Below, piece after piece: positions 1-11,767 of a DNA stretch of 64,000 nt. This DNA comes from Cirrosporium novae-zelandiae. Taxonomy: Eukaryota. The stretch spans positions 248,001 to 312,000 of the forward strand of contig JAPETS010000026.1 of NCBI GenBank assembly GCA_026023565.1, given 5' to 3'. The position numbers and the translations under genes are program-made. Each line of letters opens with the position of its first letter. Positions within the stretch are counted from its first letter, which is position 1. Under the pieces are notes generated by a model that had not been told where the DNA came from, did not search any database, and saw only the letters and a program-made list of their open reading frames with translations.

Positions 1-160
1 TGTATCAGATGATAGCCGAGTGGGACGGCTCGTAGTATAGTACAGATGGCGTTTCTTAAATGAGAAATCTCGACTTGAAGTTTCGTTTGTTATTCCTTCT
101 TGCTACCAACTGCCCAACCCCAGCAATAATTGACAACTTCCTGGAGAATTACAACAGAAT

Positions 161-1072
161 ATGAAGCCTAACCCTGCTCGGTCTATATTATCACGAAATA
201 CAACTTGCATAAACCACCAAACCGGCCAAAAAAGGTCTCATGCCCAACAATTAAACCATGAGGATAAGAACAATCAAAAGAAAAAGCGTCATGCTTCGGA
301 AACAAACCAGAATTTAGTTAGAAGGATTGAGGACCTAGAAAAGCGCAATCGTTCCCTACAAGATATTATAGATATCCTTCATGGCCGAGTCTCGTTGTTG
401 GAGACTGGATTGAAGCCACAATCCTACATCGCAAGCTTTACACGGTCGGATCATCTTCATGACCGAGTCTCGTTATTGGAGACTGAGTTCAAACCATACA
501 AATGTCAATCCTGCACCGCAAGCTTTACACGGTCGGACCATCTTCACAGGCATATTGTTACTTTCAAAGACGATAGACATATTGCTCTTAATAATCTTTT
601 CAAAAAGAATTACTGCGAAAAATGCAATCGGGGTTTTAGAAGATCGTGTGATTTTATTCGCCATCTAAACAACCATAAAAAAAACCCCGGTTTTGGTTCT
701 GATTGTGATTCGAAGCAAACCGAAAGTAAGAGCCTAATATTTTTTCTATTCTCTCGATCATAATTCTAAAGCGCAATAGGATTTTCGTCAACAAATCCTT
801 CGGAGACAGAACATACACTATCGAATTGCCTTATCAATACAAGCCACACTCACGATGAATCAACTGGTGAACACCTCTGGCCCACAGGCCAGTTTTCATT
901 AAATACGGCCTCTTATTGTCCTCCGGCATATCCAGCGCCCGAAACTTTTTTGTTGAATGAGGGTTTGGATAACAATATATCATGGGCAGATGAATTTTTT
1001 CGGACGGGACCATATCCCCATGGCATCCCAAGTGTATATGGGGAAAACTTTGATCGAGAGCTCAAAGATTAA
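161..1072 (+). CDS. C2H2 zinc-finger protein with an upstream coiled-coil segment; predicted intron 726-779
   Basis: Two C2H2 fingers (KPYKCQSCTASFTRSDHLHRH; YCEKCNRGFRRSCDFIRHLNNH). A GTAAGA donor at 726 and TAG acceptor at 779 join to an open frame ending at TAA 1070-1072. Confidence 0.7.
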
Positions 1073-1179
1073 TGCTCTTCAATGGTTGGAGATTTGTTTG
1101 TACAGATGCTATTATATTTGTGTTCCCTAGCCTCAGAATTACGCAACCCCTAAACTCTTTAATCATGATGCCCCATCAT

Positions 1180-1937
1180 TGAGGTTTCTCCTTGGGCCGT
1201 TTCCAGATCACCAGGTCTTTACTGCGGAAGCAATCTTCTCCAGCAACGTGCAGTATCATTTCAGCCATCGTAGACCTCATCCATGCGTCTTCTGAGAACC
1301 CTAACCATAAATAAGATACAACGATCGCATATCCTTCGTCAGGCGGTCCTACCTCACGATGGGGTGGTGTAATATTAAGCCAGGTACAGTGAATAAATCT
1401 AATACGGTCAGTACGTGCAAAATACTATTGAAGTATAGAATATAGTACATATCACCAGCGTTTGCTCTCATTGTTATCGTATCTCCGGTATCTTTCTTCC
1501 TACCACATTTATCAATCTCAAAGACTGCATCTTCTTGGAGGTGTACACAGTTAATCGCTACAACACCAGGGACCGCGGCCATCTCTTTCCATCTTTTATC
1601 GCGTCCGAGCTTTCCAGGTTGCTGTCCAAATTTGTACAGCATATAATGGACAATAGCAAAATCTTCATCGGGTTGTGCGGAAAAAAGGATTGCTTTGACA
1701 CTCTGGGACTTGTTAATATAGATCCATAGAGGCAATAGAACAACATACTGAATGTAAAATAATATCTCTTGCATGACTTTTGAAAAATGATACATCATGG
1801 GGCGAAATGCGGCTGGTCGCATTCTTGAGTAAAAGGCATCCATCTTTTTCTAAAGCCTGCACCACGTTTTCTAGATTCGTCTGAAGAGAAAGTTTGTCCC
1901 CGTTGGTTTTAATCACTTCGATCTGTGGTATATCCAT
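1180..1937 (-). pseudogene. Degenerate gene; N-terminus resembles PhyH/2-oxoglutarate dioxygenase family starts
   Basis: NLENVVQALEKDGCLLLKN resembles the PhyH N-terminal 'L..DG.+++.N' motif. The frame then breaks across several short ORFs and no HxD motif was identified. Confidence 0.25.
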
Positions 1938-2664
1938 CTGGTTGTTGCTCTGATGACATTTTTTTGGTGAAAGCGTGAGACATATTTGGTGGGGCATCTT
2001 GGAAATTATTTGGCAAGATTTGCACGTGATGATATCGGCGCCCTTGAGTAGATACGGGACATAAAGGAGATTTATACCACACTATCGATGAGATGTTTAT
2101 TTGTAGCTGTCAAAATGTAGAGTCAAGTTTATCTTCATTAAAAAGACTATTTAATATTTTCTACTCACAAGACAAAGACTCTCTCGAGTTTTTACATTAA
2201 AAAGCACGACAAGGCTAAAAGCAGGGCTCCAGGACAACCCTGCAAACCCAAGCATTAGATCGCCTGCTAAAGCTAATAATCTCCAATGAAAAGGTTTATA
2301 ATTACACCATGCGGTATATACCTAAGTTGGGCTAGCCATATTAGTATGCAACTGGCAATAAGGCTCCAGCCTGATACTGAATACAGTGATTCTCTCATTT
2401 TAAGACCGTGACAGAGTCAGTCCTTTTTTGCCCGGTTCCTTAGAAGGCACCCATGCCAGCCAAGCATTGATCAATGGAAATTGACCAGCGAAATAAAATA
2501 ATAATTCTGTGCTTGACCCTTGTACCTGTTCCACCATCATGGTAGTCTTGATATTCTTACTATCACAGGCTTTAGGCCCATTTGGGACATACACATGTTA
2601 GGATTCAGAAAGCAGAGGATTCGGGACGTGTAGAATTATCAGATAATTAGCTTGCTATGCTACC

Positions 2665-3064
2665 CAGTGAAGGGAATGGACCAGACCGACCAGACTAAGG
2701 GGTTCGGTCTGGTCGGTCTATAGACCGTCGGTCACATGATATAACGTAATACAGTTATATAACAAAGGCCGCGCGGAGCGCGGAACAAAATTTTATATTT
2801 CCGATTTACAACACCTTATCTTATCTCCACGTGATATTACGTGGAGATAAAACTATTACTAATTTTTACGAAATAAAAATATATTAAATATCTACTTAAA
2901 TATTTTAGTAATATACTATATATATATATACACGTGATAGACCAAAATCGATCTTGGGCAATCAAGGTCTGGTCGGTCTATTAAAAAGCTCGGTCTGGTC
3001 GGTCTGGTCGGTCTGGTCGGTCGGGGTCAGACCGTCTATTTGGTCTGGTCCATTCCCTTCACTG
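2665..3064. mobile_element. hAT-type MITE (400 bp)
   Basis: Perfect 23-bp TIR: CAGTGAAGGGAATGGACCAGACC (2665-2687) and its reverse complement (3042-3064). Subterminal GACCAGACC/GGTCTGGTC repeats, AT-rich core, and a degenerate 8-bp TSD (ATGCTACC / ATGCTAAG). Confidence 0.85.
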
Positions 3065-3269
3065 ATGCTAAGGGAAACTTCTTGAGAAGGTCACTGCAAA
3101 TGCGCTGGCGCGCTTAACCCCAGTGTTTTCGATAGACTCAGACCTTGATTGCCCAATATCTATTTGGTCTATATAAATACGAATTATAGGGTGGCGTTGG
3201 TGGGGAGATATATTTTTTTGAGGTGTTAAAGTTTGTTGGGTATCGGAGCTCAGCAGCATTTTATTCAGT

Positions 3270-3430
3270 ACACCTTATCTTATCTCCACGTGATATCGGA
3301 ATCAGACTGTATTATGACAGTATTATGTCACATCATGTAACCGACGGTCTATAGACCAGACCGAGCCGAGGATTTTGATAGACCGACCAGACCAAGGGGA
3401 TCGGTCTGGTCGGTCTGATCCATCGACAAC
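3270..3430. mobile_element. Rearranged fragment of the same MITE family
   Basis: Repeats CACCTTATCTTATCTCCACGTGATAT (also at ~2812) and carries the GACCAGACC/GGTCTGGTC arrays. Confidence 0.65.
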
Positions 3431-5407
3431 AATGGTTGTTGACTCGAACTACGGGCCTGGGCAGGGGTATACCTAGGCTAAATAATTATACAGCTCGAAA
3501 CCGGGACGTATAACGAAGTCTTGAAACGCGATAACCGGTTTCATATATTAGTATAATAGTCGGATGCCTCTAGGCTCAAAAATAAAAAATAGTCCCTTAG
3601 AGAAATAGACTCGACGCCCCATAGAACACCCGGAAATATTATTTGGGGAATAACAAGAGGTGTTCGGCGCAGAACTTTGGGATATCAAAGCCGCAAGACT
3701 GCTTCTCAGCATAGAAATCACAGCAGTGCTTGGCCCGCAAGCAGCTCTCAGGCGAGTACACAGAGGATGCGTTGAAGGGGAAGGTCAAAAGATAGTCATG
3801 GCTACGCATAAAAACACCTAAAATCTGATAGATCAAGGGGCGGGGATCATTATCAGGTGGGTGTTCCAGGCCACAAAAATGTCCCTGCAAATGCAGGTCA
3901 AGGCACGAACTATGCGGCAAGATGGGTATCGCTAGCCCATATACCTCGTCAGATCACCAAAGAACGAGTAAAAACGACCTACCAGCTGTGATCCCAGTGG
4001 CTATAGCGAATGTCCTCAGACAAAATCCTAAATATACTGCGAAAGGTCTTGTAAATAGACTACACCGCTTAGAAAGACATTCTGTAACCAAGGAATACAT
4101 ATACTGCACTAGGGTATTATGTCCCCGGATGATGGTAGCGGGGTGGCCAGTATCAAAACATACTATTTAATATTGGCTTGCTGATAAATGGAAGGCGGCA
4201 AGGGGCGCCCACGAGGCGCGAGGTTTACCTGAATTAGGGGTGGAGCTAAAGTATGGGGAAGGTGAAAGCCCCGAGGTAACAAAGATATTCGTCAAATCAC
4301 AAAATAGTTATCGTATAAACCAATGACTGGGACTCTAGAATTCATGGAAGTCGTTCATCCTGACGTAGGGGGAGAGGGGGGTCTAATACCTTCGGCAGAA
4401 GTTGGCCACAGGTAGTCTCAATCTTTCGCCGGTATAAATATCCGACATTTGTGAACGTTCACAATAAAATACTTGGTACAAGCCAGAAGTCCCTGAAAAC
4501 ACTATTAGACAGTGAGAATAAACTGAGAACTAGACAGAAACAAGGCCATACATATAGATAATGCCGAAAGAGGAATAACTTTTAGATTCACAACGCCTTA
4601 TTTCAAGGGCAAAATGGGACAGAGCGTCAAAAGAAAAGTGATCGAAGAAACCAACCTAACAATACTAGATATAGTTCAAGCAGTAGAAGACAATCGGAAC
4701 GAGTGCATGAAAGTATTTATTAAGATTAGGAACATGATACCTATCAAGAACTTAGAAACTATAACACCTCATGAAGCCCTGAATCAGGAAAAGCCAGAAA
4801 GTCAGCAGGAGGATGAATAGGATGGTTTCTATATCCCAATTAGTATAAAATTAACTGAAGATAAGCCAAAATACCTTAAAACCCTTACGTCTCAGAGGAT
4901 AATAACACAATAAGGGTAGAATCAGCCAAAATCGAAGAGGCAAACAAAGAAAGAAGACCAATCGAACTTGAAAAGCCAGCCATCGAAAGCTATCAGAGTA
5001 AAATAGAGAAAGATCTATGCATAGCTTAGCAAAATCCGCTACTCAAATAAATATCAGAAGATCAAAGAGGTAGAATATAGGTACTCCATCATCAAAATAT
5101 AAGGATCGGACGGTGAAATCCTAAGATATAAGGCCACGGTGTTATACCGGTCTTAATGAAGACAAAAAAGACAGGGCCGTTGTGACTGATAAATAAGTGT
5201 CGTGCTATCTTTTCAGATAATAGGGGCTGAGGAGTAACTTCATAACTATGGGCCAGCACACCAGACCCACCATTCCTTCCAGCAAGGAAATTTTTGTTTG
5301 GCAAAGCTATTCCGTGAGCTACTCACTGTTTTGAGACAAAATATCCGAGAATAGGTGGGATAAACCACAGACGAACCAGTAAACTGTCTCCCTTTACCTT
5401 CTAATTT

Positions 5408-5929
5408 TTACTCTGGATCCTGTAGGCGTTTTCCTGAAACTCCGCCGCCATTTCCGAATTCCATTACAGCCAATCCCGGCTTTACATCAAGCATGATGTA
5501 TTCCATAGATACCAAATTGGCGTGTGACCAGAGCAGAAGTTCTATTCCTAGCGGTTCGACTGGCGGCATATCCAATAAAGAAAATGCCTCATCAGCCGTT
5601 CGATTGCTATAGCTGGGTTCATCTCCCTCGCCTCGAAAAAGGGTCAACACTGATGTGATGATGGGCCGATAGACACCGAATAAAAAATATAAAACAGGCT
5701 TCGCTGAGGTTAAGCAAGCTGATTGATGGAAATACAAATCCTCGTTGAAAATAGTGCTATGATCACCCAGGTGTAAATGATAAGCTCGTATGATGGATCC
5801 ATTCATACAGGATTGGTGCTGCCTAGACCAAAGATTTGAGTTCCTTTTTTTCTCTATTAGGTCCTTTAGATAGCAAAGCCTGTCTATCACACGCCTTTCA
5901 CAGTTATACGTGTCAGCTCGATGTTTCAA
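5408..5929 (-). CDS. Hypothetical protein or gene fragment
   Basis: 173-codon open frame starting at TTG. No recognisable motif. Confidence 0.2.
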   Translation of the reverse strand: MKHRADTYNCERRVIDRLCYLKDLIEKKRNSNLWSRQHQSCMNGSIIRAYHLHLGDHSTIFNEDLYFHQSACLTSAKPVLYFLFGVYRPIITSVLTLFRGEGDEPSYSNRTADEAFSLLDMPPVEPLGIELLLWSHANLVSMEYIMLDVKPGLAVMEFGNGGGVSGKRLQDPE

Positions 5930-6662
5930 ATGTTAGTATGATTCTTGCACCGTGCTGATCATATTGCCAAAGAAAAAAAATAAAAAAACATAGTAGCATC
6001 ATATCTAGATCCTATTTTTTCGTCACGGAGCTCCTAGAATAATCAATATCTCAAATAATTTGTTTTCACAGTAAATAACAACATTAGTTTTCGCGTACGG
6101 AATATCAGAAAGAATATAGAAACACGTAGTTTAATCAAACCATACTGTCTTGTACAGGATCAAAAACTTTCAAACCAAATTCCTTTTAGTCCTCGGAAGT
6201 GATAACTTCCGATACCAGGATAGCATCGTCGATTAGAAAATATTTACCGGGGTAAACGGGCACGGCCGGATCATGGGCACGATAGCCCAAAACTAAATAG
6301 ATTGCTTGAAATTAATCTATTGGGTATCTGCGATATGAAATGACGTGGGTAGTTCTATGAAGGATTGCGAAATCATTGCTGCTTTAGTTGTTCTGCCCGA
6401 AAGCGGGGGTCCTGCCTGAAACCCGGACGCCCTGCTTTGATTCAATTATCCGAATATGGTCATGACCCAATCTTGCTGCTTTATCTGTCCGGTCTGTGAA
6501 GGGGACCTTGTTAGGTTAGAAGGGGGACGTTAGGCACTTGCTGCTCTATCTCGACACGTACCGTCCCTCATTGAAGGGGGACGTCCCCTTCGTTAGAAAA
6601 GCGATCGTCTTAAAACGCATTAAGCACCAGCTAAACCAAGAAGCGGAATCACAGGCTCACTC

Positions 6663-6746
6663 GCATTAGTGGTTTAATGGTAAAATTCGTCGTTGCCATC
6701 CGGTCTCGGATTCGACGAGCTCCGTGTTCGATTCACGGCTAATGCA
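6663..6746 (+). tRNA. tRNA-Gly(GCC) with a 13-nt intron (6699-6711)
   Basis: Acceptor stem GCATTAG/CTAATGC plus discriminator A. D-arm TGGTTTAATGGTAAAA. Anticodon stem CGTCG/CGACG around TT-GCC-A. T-arm CCGTG-TTCGATT-CACGG. 71 nt after intron removal, with a T-run downstream. Confidence 0.95.
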
Positions 6747-7385
6747 TTTGATTATTCCTTTTTGTCGTTCAGCTCAATTGAATTGCGGGAGGAGGGGCAG
6801 CACGAAATGAAGCCGCAATTTTTTTTGTCGAGTAGTGCGGGGTGTTAAGCGGACCGAGGCCGATCATCGGAACTACCAAGGCCCCGGAGACCTTCCTCAT
6901 CGCCTCCATAGGGTATAGACCCTAAGAGGTCCGGACTAGCCCCTACGGCTTTCGAGCTCCCTAAATAATTTATCAATTATAATGCAAATGATATAGGACT
7001 ATACATCTCACCTCATATATGCACACTCGGATAACGAATGTATAAAAAAATGACAATTCGTCCGTGAGGGAGTCAACGAATATCGGAATGCTCAAAGATG
7101 CCGTCCGGTGGGCTCAAACTCAAACTCAAAAGTGTACCTAGGTAGCCATTAATTTATTATTACCTAAGAAGTGCTACACAGTAACAATATGTTTAGAGAG
7201 ACAGGCCTTATAGTAGAGGATAACTGCCTATCATCGAGGCATTGTCGATGGGTTATGCATCTTACTGTATTCCAATACCAACTGTTGAAGAAATGGCTGT
7301 GACAATACTAATGGATGTAAATATCATCATTGGAGATTTGCACACTTGTATATCAGACCTCTGAGACCTTCCACCAGTATTGACG

Positions 7386-9122
7386 TCATATCTTTGCTTG
7401 CTTACTGGACAATATGTATACTCTACCCTCCCATGGCGATAATTCCAATGCTCTAGGCGCATCTATATTAGATAGTAGCAGCTTCATGGGACTTCCAAGG
7501 GTTGCAGGCTTCACAAATGGCTGCAGCACAGATGTAAAATTCAAAACCACCAGTACTATATCACTTTCGAACGCCTTGGTATAGACCACCGTGCTTTCAT
7601 TATCCAGATCATAAATCTGGAAGTTGCCATAGGCGAAGAGATTAATGTATTTTTTGCGCAAAGCTAGAGCTCCTTTCCAGAACAAAAGCAAGCTGCTTGG
7701 ATCATGTAGTTGATCCTTCACATTAATCTCCTTGTACAGGTCATGAACCCGGGTCCAGGGCATACCAGAGGTGAATCCAGCATTCGGAGAGTCATCCCAG
7801 TGCATCGGGGACCGCGAATGGTCTCTTGCGACCTTTCCAATCGCTTTCATTGCTTTGGCCAAGGCTACTTCTGATTCATTCGCACTGCTAGTAGATTTAA
7901 TAAGGTTAAAGTAGGTTTGCGTGACGACATCCTTATATTCCGTGATGGACCAGTCGGCTGGGCAGTTTATCATGCCAATTTCTTGCCCTTGGTAGATATA
8001 TAAGGTGCCGGTCATCGTGATTAGCATCATTGCTAGCATCTTTCCTGAGATAGCTCGGTATTTGGGGTCTTCAGACCCAAATCTTGAGATGGAGCGGCCT
8101 ACATCATGATTCTCAATAAAAGCTGTTGACCAGCCACCGTTATCGGCAATGTATTGCTGCGAGGAAAGGGCATTCTTCAGATCACGAAGCAGAAATGATT
8201 TCGTCTCAAATCTATCAGGAACGCCGTGTCCTAAGGTAACCAGGTCAAATTGAAAGACCATGTTGAGCCGCTTTGTATTAGATCCAACGTATTCTAGGAC
8301 CTTTTCGGCGGTTTTAGTTGCCGGGAGTTCACCAACGGTCATTACGTCGTATTTTGACAGGACTTTGGTATTCATTTCGTCCAAAAACTCGTGTATTCGT
8401 GGGCCATTGGCGAAGAACTGTGCAGCAGGTTGCAAATCTGAAGATGGGTCGGCGATAGGTGCATCTGGGAATGTGCTATCCTTGCTATAGAGGTTGACAG
8501 TATCCACTCTAAACCCGTCAACGCCTTTATCAAGCCAAAAAAACATTGAGCTTTTATAAATCGCATCTCGTGTAGTTTCAGCTTCCCAGTTAAGATCTGG
8601 CTGTTCCGGGGCAAAAAGGTGAAAATAATATTCTTGGGTAGTTTCATCCCAAGTCCACGTACTATCACAGAAAACTGATTGCCAGTTTGTAGGTGGCTTC
8701 CTGGTGCCATTTTCATACTTGGCAGGACGCCAGATGTACCAATCTCGTTTTGGGTTGTTCTTTGACATGCGCGATTCTTGGAACCATGGATGGAGGTAAG
8801 ATGTGTGGTTAATAACGAGGTCGAGAATGAGACGCATTCCACGAATATGGCAGGAATCTAGGAGCAATTCCATATCTGCAAGAGTTCCGTAAGGCGGGTA
8901 AACATCTTCATAATTAGAGATATCATAGCCCATGTCATGCTGTGGGCTTTGATACATAGGAGAGAGCCAAATGATATCAATGCCCAATTCCTTCAAATAA
9001 TCTAGCTTTGATATTATGCCTTGTATATCTCCCATGCCATCACCATTGGAGTCTTTGAAGCTCGCTGGCCATATCTGATATACGGTGGCATCTTTCCACC
9101 AAATTCGTCTCGCATTATCCAT
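7386..9122 (-). CDS. GH13 alpha-glucosidase (maltase/oligo-1,6-glucosidase family), intronless, 578 aa
   Basis: WWKDATVYQIWPASFKDSNGDG, DLVINHTS, QPDLNW, and catalytic triad GFRVD / VGE / NHD, plus YQGQEIG. No signal peptide. C-terminus is -AKI. Confidence 0.95.
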   Translation of the reverse strand: MDNARRIWWKDATVYQIWPASFKDSNGDGMGDIQGIISKLDYLKELGIDIIWLSPMYQSPQHDMGYDISNYEDVYPPYGTLADMELLLDSCHIRGMRLILDLVINHTSYLHPWFQESRMSKNNPKRDWYIWRPAKYENGTRKPPTNWQSVFCDSTWTWDETTQEYYFHLFAPEQPDLNWEAETTRDAIYKSSMFFWLDKGVDGFRVDTVNLYSKDSTFPDAPIADPSSDLQPAAQFFANGPRIHEFLDEMNTKVLSKYDVMTVGELPATKTAEKVLEYVGSNTKRLNMVFQFDLVTLGHGVPDRFETKSFLLRDLKNALSSQQYIADNGGWSTAFIENHDVGRSISRFGSEDPKYRAISGKMLAMMLITMTGTLYIYQGQEIGMINCPADWSITEYKDVVTQTYFNLIKSTSSANESEVALAKAMKAIGKVARDHSRSPMHWDDSPNAGFTSGMPWTRVHDLYKEINVKDQLHDPSSLLLFWKGALALRKKYINLFAYGNFQIYDLDNESTVVYTKAFESDIVLVVLNFTSVLQPFVKPATLGSPMKLLLSNIDAPRALELSPWEGRVYILSSKQAKI

Positions 9123-9947
9123 TGCAGAAAGGGTGCCCGCGAGCTTGATGTGAATGTTAAGTCATAGTCGAATTTATGACAGGACAAAAACAGGCTCCAC
9201 CAGAGGCCTTTTAAACTTTATATCGCTAAATTTCATGTTATCATCGTCAAAGTCCGCTCTTTTTCTACAACCGTCCTTTCTGAACGGTAGGTACCGTTGA
9301 TAATTGCCGGTCATTTCGGATCAATAATGTCCTGTAGGCTGTAACGAAATACTAGTGATTTATTCAGAAACCGAGTAATACAATTTGCGACAGCTCCGCC
9401 TTAAACCTAGGTGTGTTTCAGCACGTGGTCAGATATACTCTCAGCACTGTCACAGGTGCGATGATAATTCAAGGATGATGTTGACTAGGTTAGGTACCTA
9501 GGTAGTTACTTAGGTACTTGTACTGTGTAATTATAGGTATGTATAACTAAGCTATTCCTAATCTAGGCTGATTGTAACCTTCGGGTAAAGACTTACCGAT
9601 CGACTTTAGGCGAATATCGCACAACTCCGCTTAAAGACCAGGTACCTGAGTAGGAAAGTACATCATATCCCCGGTTTATGGCAACATACAACAAGTATCC
9701 ACCAACAATGATACTATTTGCTTGAATACCTAGGGACTTCACACCCATATCTAAAATATGCAGGACCAACTCACATAGTCTACGGGATACATTATGCATC
9801 CTTGCGGGCTTCGTACCTTAACTATCTTTCCTCATCTTTCATTATTTCTTTTTTCTTTCTTTTTTATATAGAATATATATAAAAATACAGAAACAGGTAA
9901 AAAGCAAAAGATCCTAACTTTGTAGAAAATCAAATCATTAATCCAAG

Positions 9948-10940
9948 ATGGCATCACGTCCGAATTTCCTTTTTATCATGGCCGATGACCATGCATCCAA
10001 AGCAATAGGATGTTATGGCGCAAATATCAACGATACCCCGCACATCGATCGTCTTGCACAAGAAGGAATGAGATTTAATCACTGCTATGTCACAAACTCT
10101 ATCTGTACTCCTAGTAGAGCCTCAATTCTCACTGGGACCTACAATCATGTCAATGGAGTTGTCACCCTTGATAGCAAAATCAACAAGCGCATACCCAATG
10201 TTGCAAAGCATATGCGCACTGGTGGATACCAAACAGCCATGATTGGAAAATGGCACCTGGGAGAAGGGACTGAGCATGAGCCTTCTGGATTTGACTTCTG
10301 GTCTGTTGTACCAGGACAAGGTTCCTATCATGATCCCGAGATGATTGAGATGGGCCAATCACGAATTGAACCAGGCTATGCTACAGATATCATTACTGAC
10401 AAGTCCATCGACTGGTTGGAAAAACGTGACAAGGCCAAACCTTTCTTCCTGATGTGCCATCATAAAGCACCACATCGGTCATGGGAGTGTGATGAGAAAC
10501 ACAAACACCTCTACGAGGCAGATGTCAAAGTCCCAGAGACCTTTGACGACGACTACAGGAACCGTGCAAAAGCAGCAGCGGCAGCCAAAATGAGAGTAGA
10601 TGCAGATCTAACCTACTTCGATCTTGGTCTAGCTCAGCCGGACGGAGGATCTGGGGTCGGAGAGCAAATGTGGCCCGGAGCCCTGGAACGAAAAATTCCC
10701 AACCCTTCAGACGTCACCAAGGTAAAACTCATCGATAAAGACACTGGCACGGTATTTACTTTCAAGACACATGAAGAACTTCGGCACTTCAAGTACCAAC
10801 GCTACATCAAGCGCTACCTCCGCACAATTGCATCCATTGACGACAACGTCGGCCGCCTCCTCGACTACCTCGACGACCAAAAACTCACCGAAAACACAGT
10901 TGTAATCTACACCTCAGACCAAGGATTCTTCCTCGGCGAA

Positions 10941-10978
<38 letters not shown>

Positions 10979-11486
10979 CTTCCAAATGCCATTCTTGATC
11001 CGCTATCCCCGCGAGATCAAACCTGGCACCATCTGCGACGACATCGTCTGTAACGTTGACTTCGCACCAACCTTCCTCGACATCGCCGGTCTCCAAAAGC
11101 CATCATACATACAAGGCAAAACCATCCGCAAGCTCCTCCAAGGCACAACACCCCCCGATTGGCAGCAAGTCGCGTACCATCGATACTGGATGCACCGCGA
11201 TGCGATACACCACGCGTACGCACATTATGGGGTGCGGGATCAGCGGTATAAGCTAATATATTGGTACAACGAAGGGTTCGACTTACCAGGCACAACGGAA
11301 GGAGGCCAGCCGAAGGAATGGGAGCTTTTCGATTGCGACAAGGATCCGTTGGAGCTGATTAATATTTTCAACGATCCTAAGTATGCTGATGTTATCAAGC
11401 GGATGATCGTGCAGCTTGATGACAAGATGACGGAGATTGGGGATGAGCCTGAGCATGTTCTTGGTTCTGTACCAAAAAATGGCTAG
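9948..11486 (+). CDS. Formylglycine-dependent (S1) sulfatase, sugar-6-sulfatase-like, intronless, 512 aa
   Basis: RPNFLFIMADDH, CTPSR (CxPxR), [44 protein letters not shown], YHRYW. No signal peptide. Confidence 0.95.
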
Positions 11487-11767
11487 ACTGTATTTAAAAA
11501 AACACTACTTTGCAGAGTAATATGCGGTGTTGAAAATTTCTACCATTACTCGACATTACAATCACCTTGAAAACACCAGCACGGATTAATCCGTAATTAT
11601 ATAATTTAGCTATGCTTAAAGCACGTATATGGCTCTTAGCGTTTGTAATAAGATATAGCACGTGGCCTTAGCTACTAAGAAAATTGTCACCTATATTTAC
11701 CACTCGATATTAGCGAAGATTTAAACCAAGCTTCCTGCTCAAAGTTCATAAAAACGATCGCGCAACA

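Noticed and set aside
2680..3050. GACCAGACC/GGTCTGGTC arrays as a CRISPR-like array
   Set aside because: No unique spacers, eukaryotic context, and they are explained as MITE subterminal repeats.
3460..5400. Possible decayed retrotransposon or gene relic
   Set aside because: A-rich broken frames, but I could not identify an RT, RNase H, integrase or other motif.
6497..6591. Repeated GAAGGGGAC and the near-palindrome GAAGGGGGACGTCCCCTTC upstream of the tRNA
   Set aside because: Too short to assign, with no TSD or second copy in the window.
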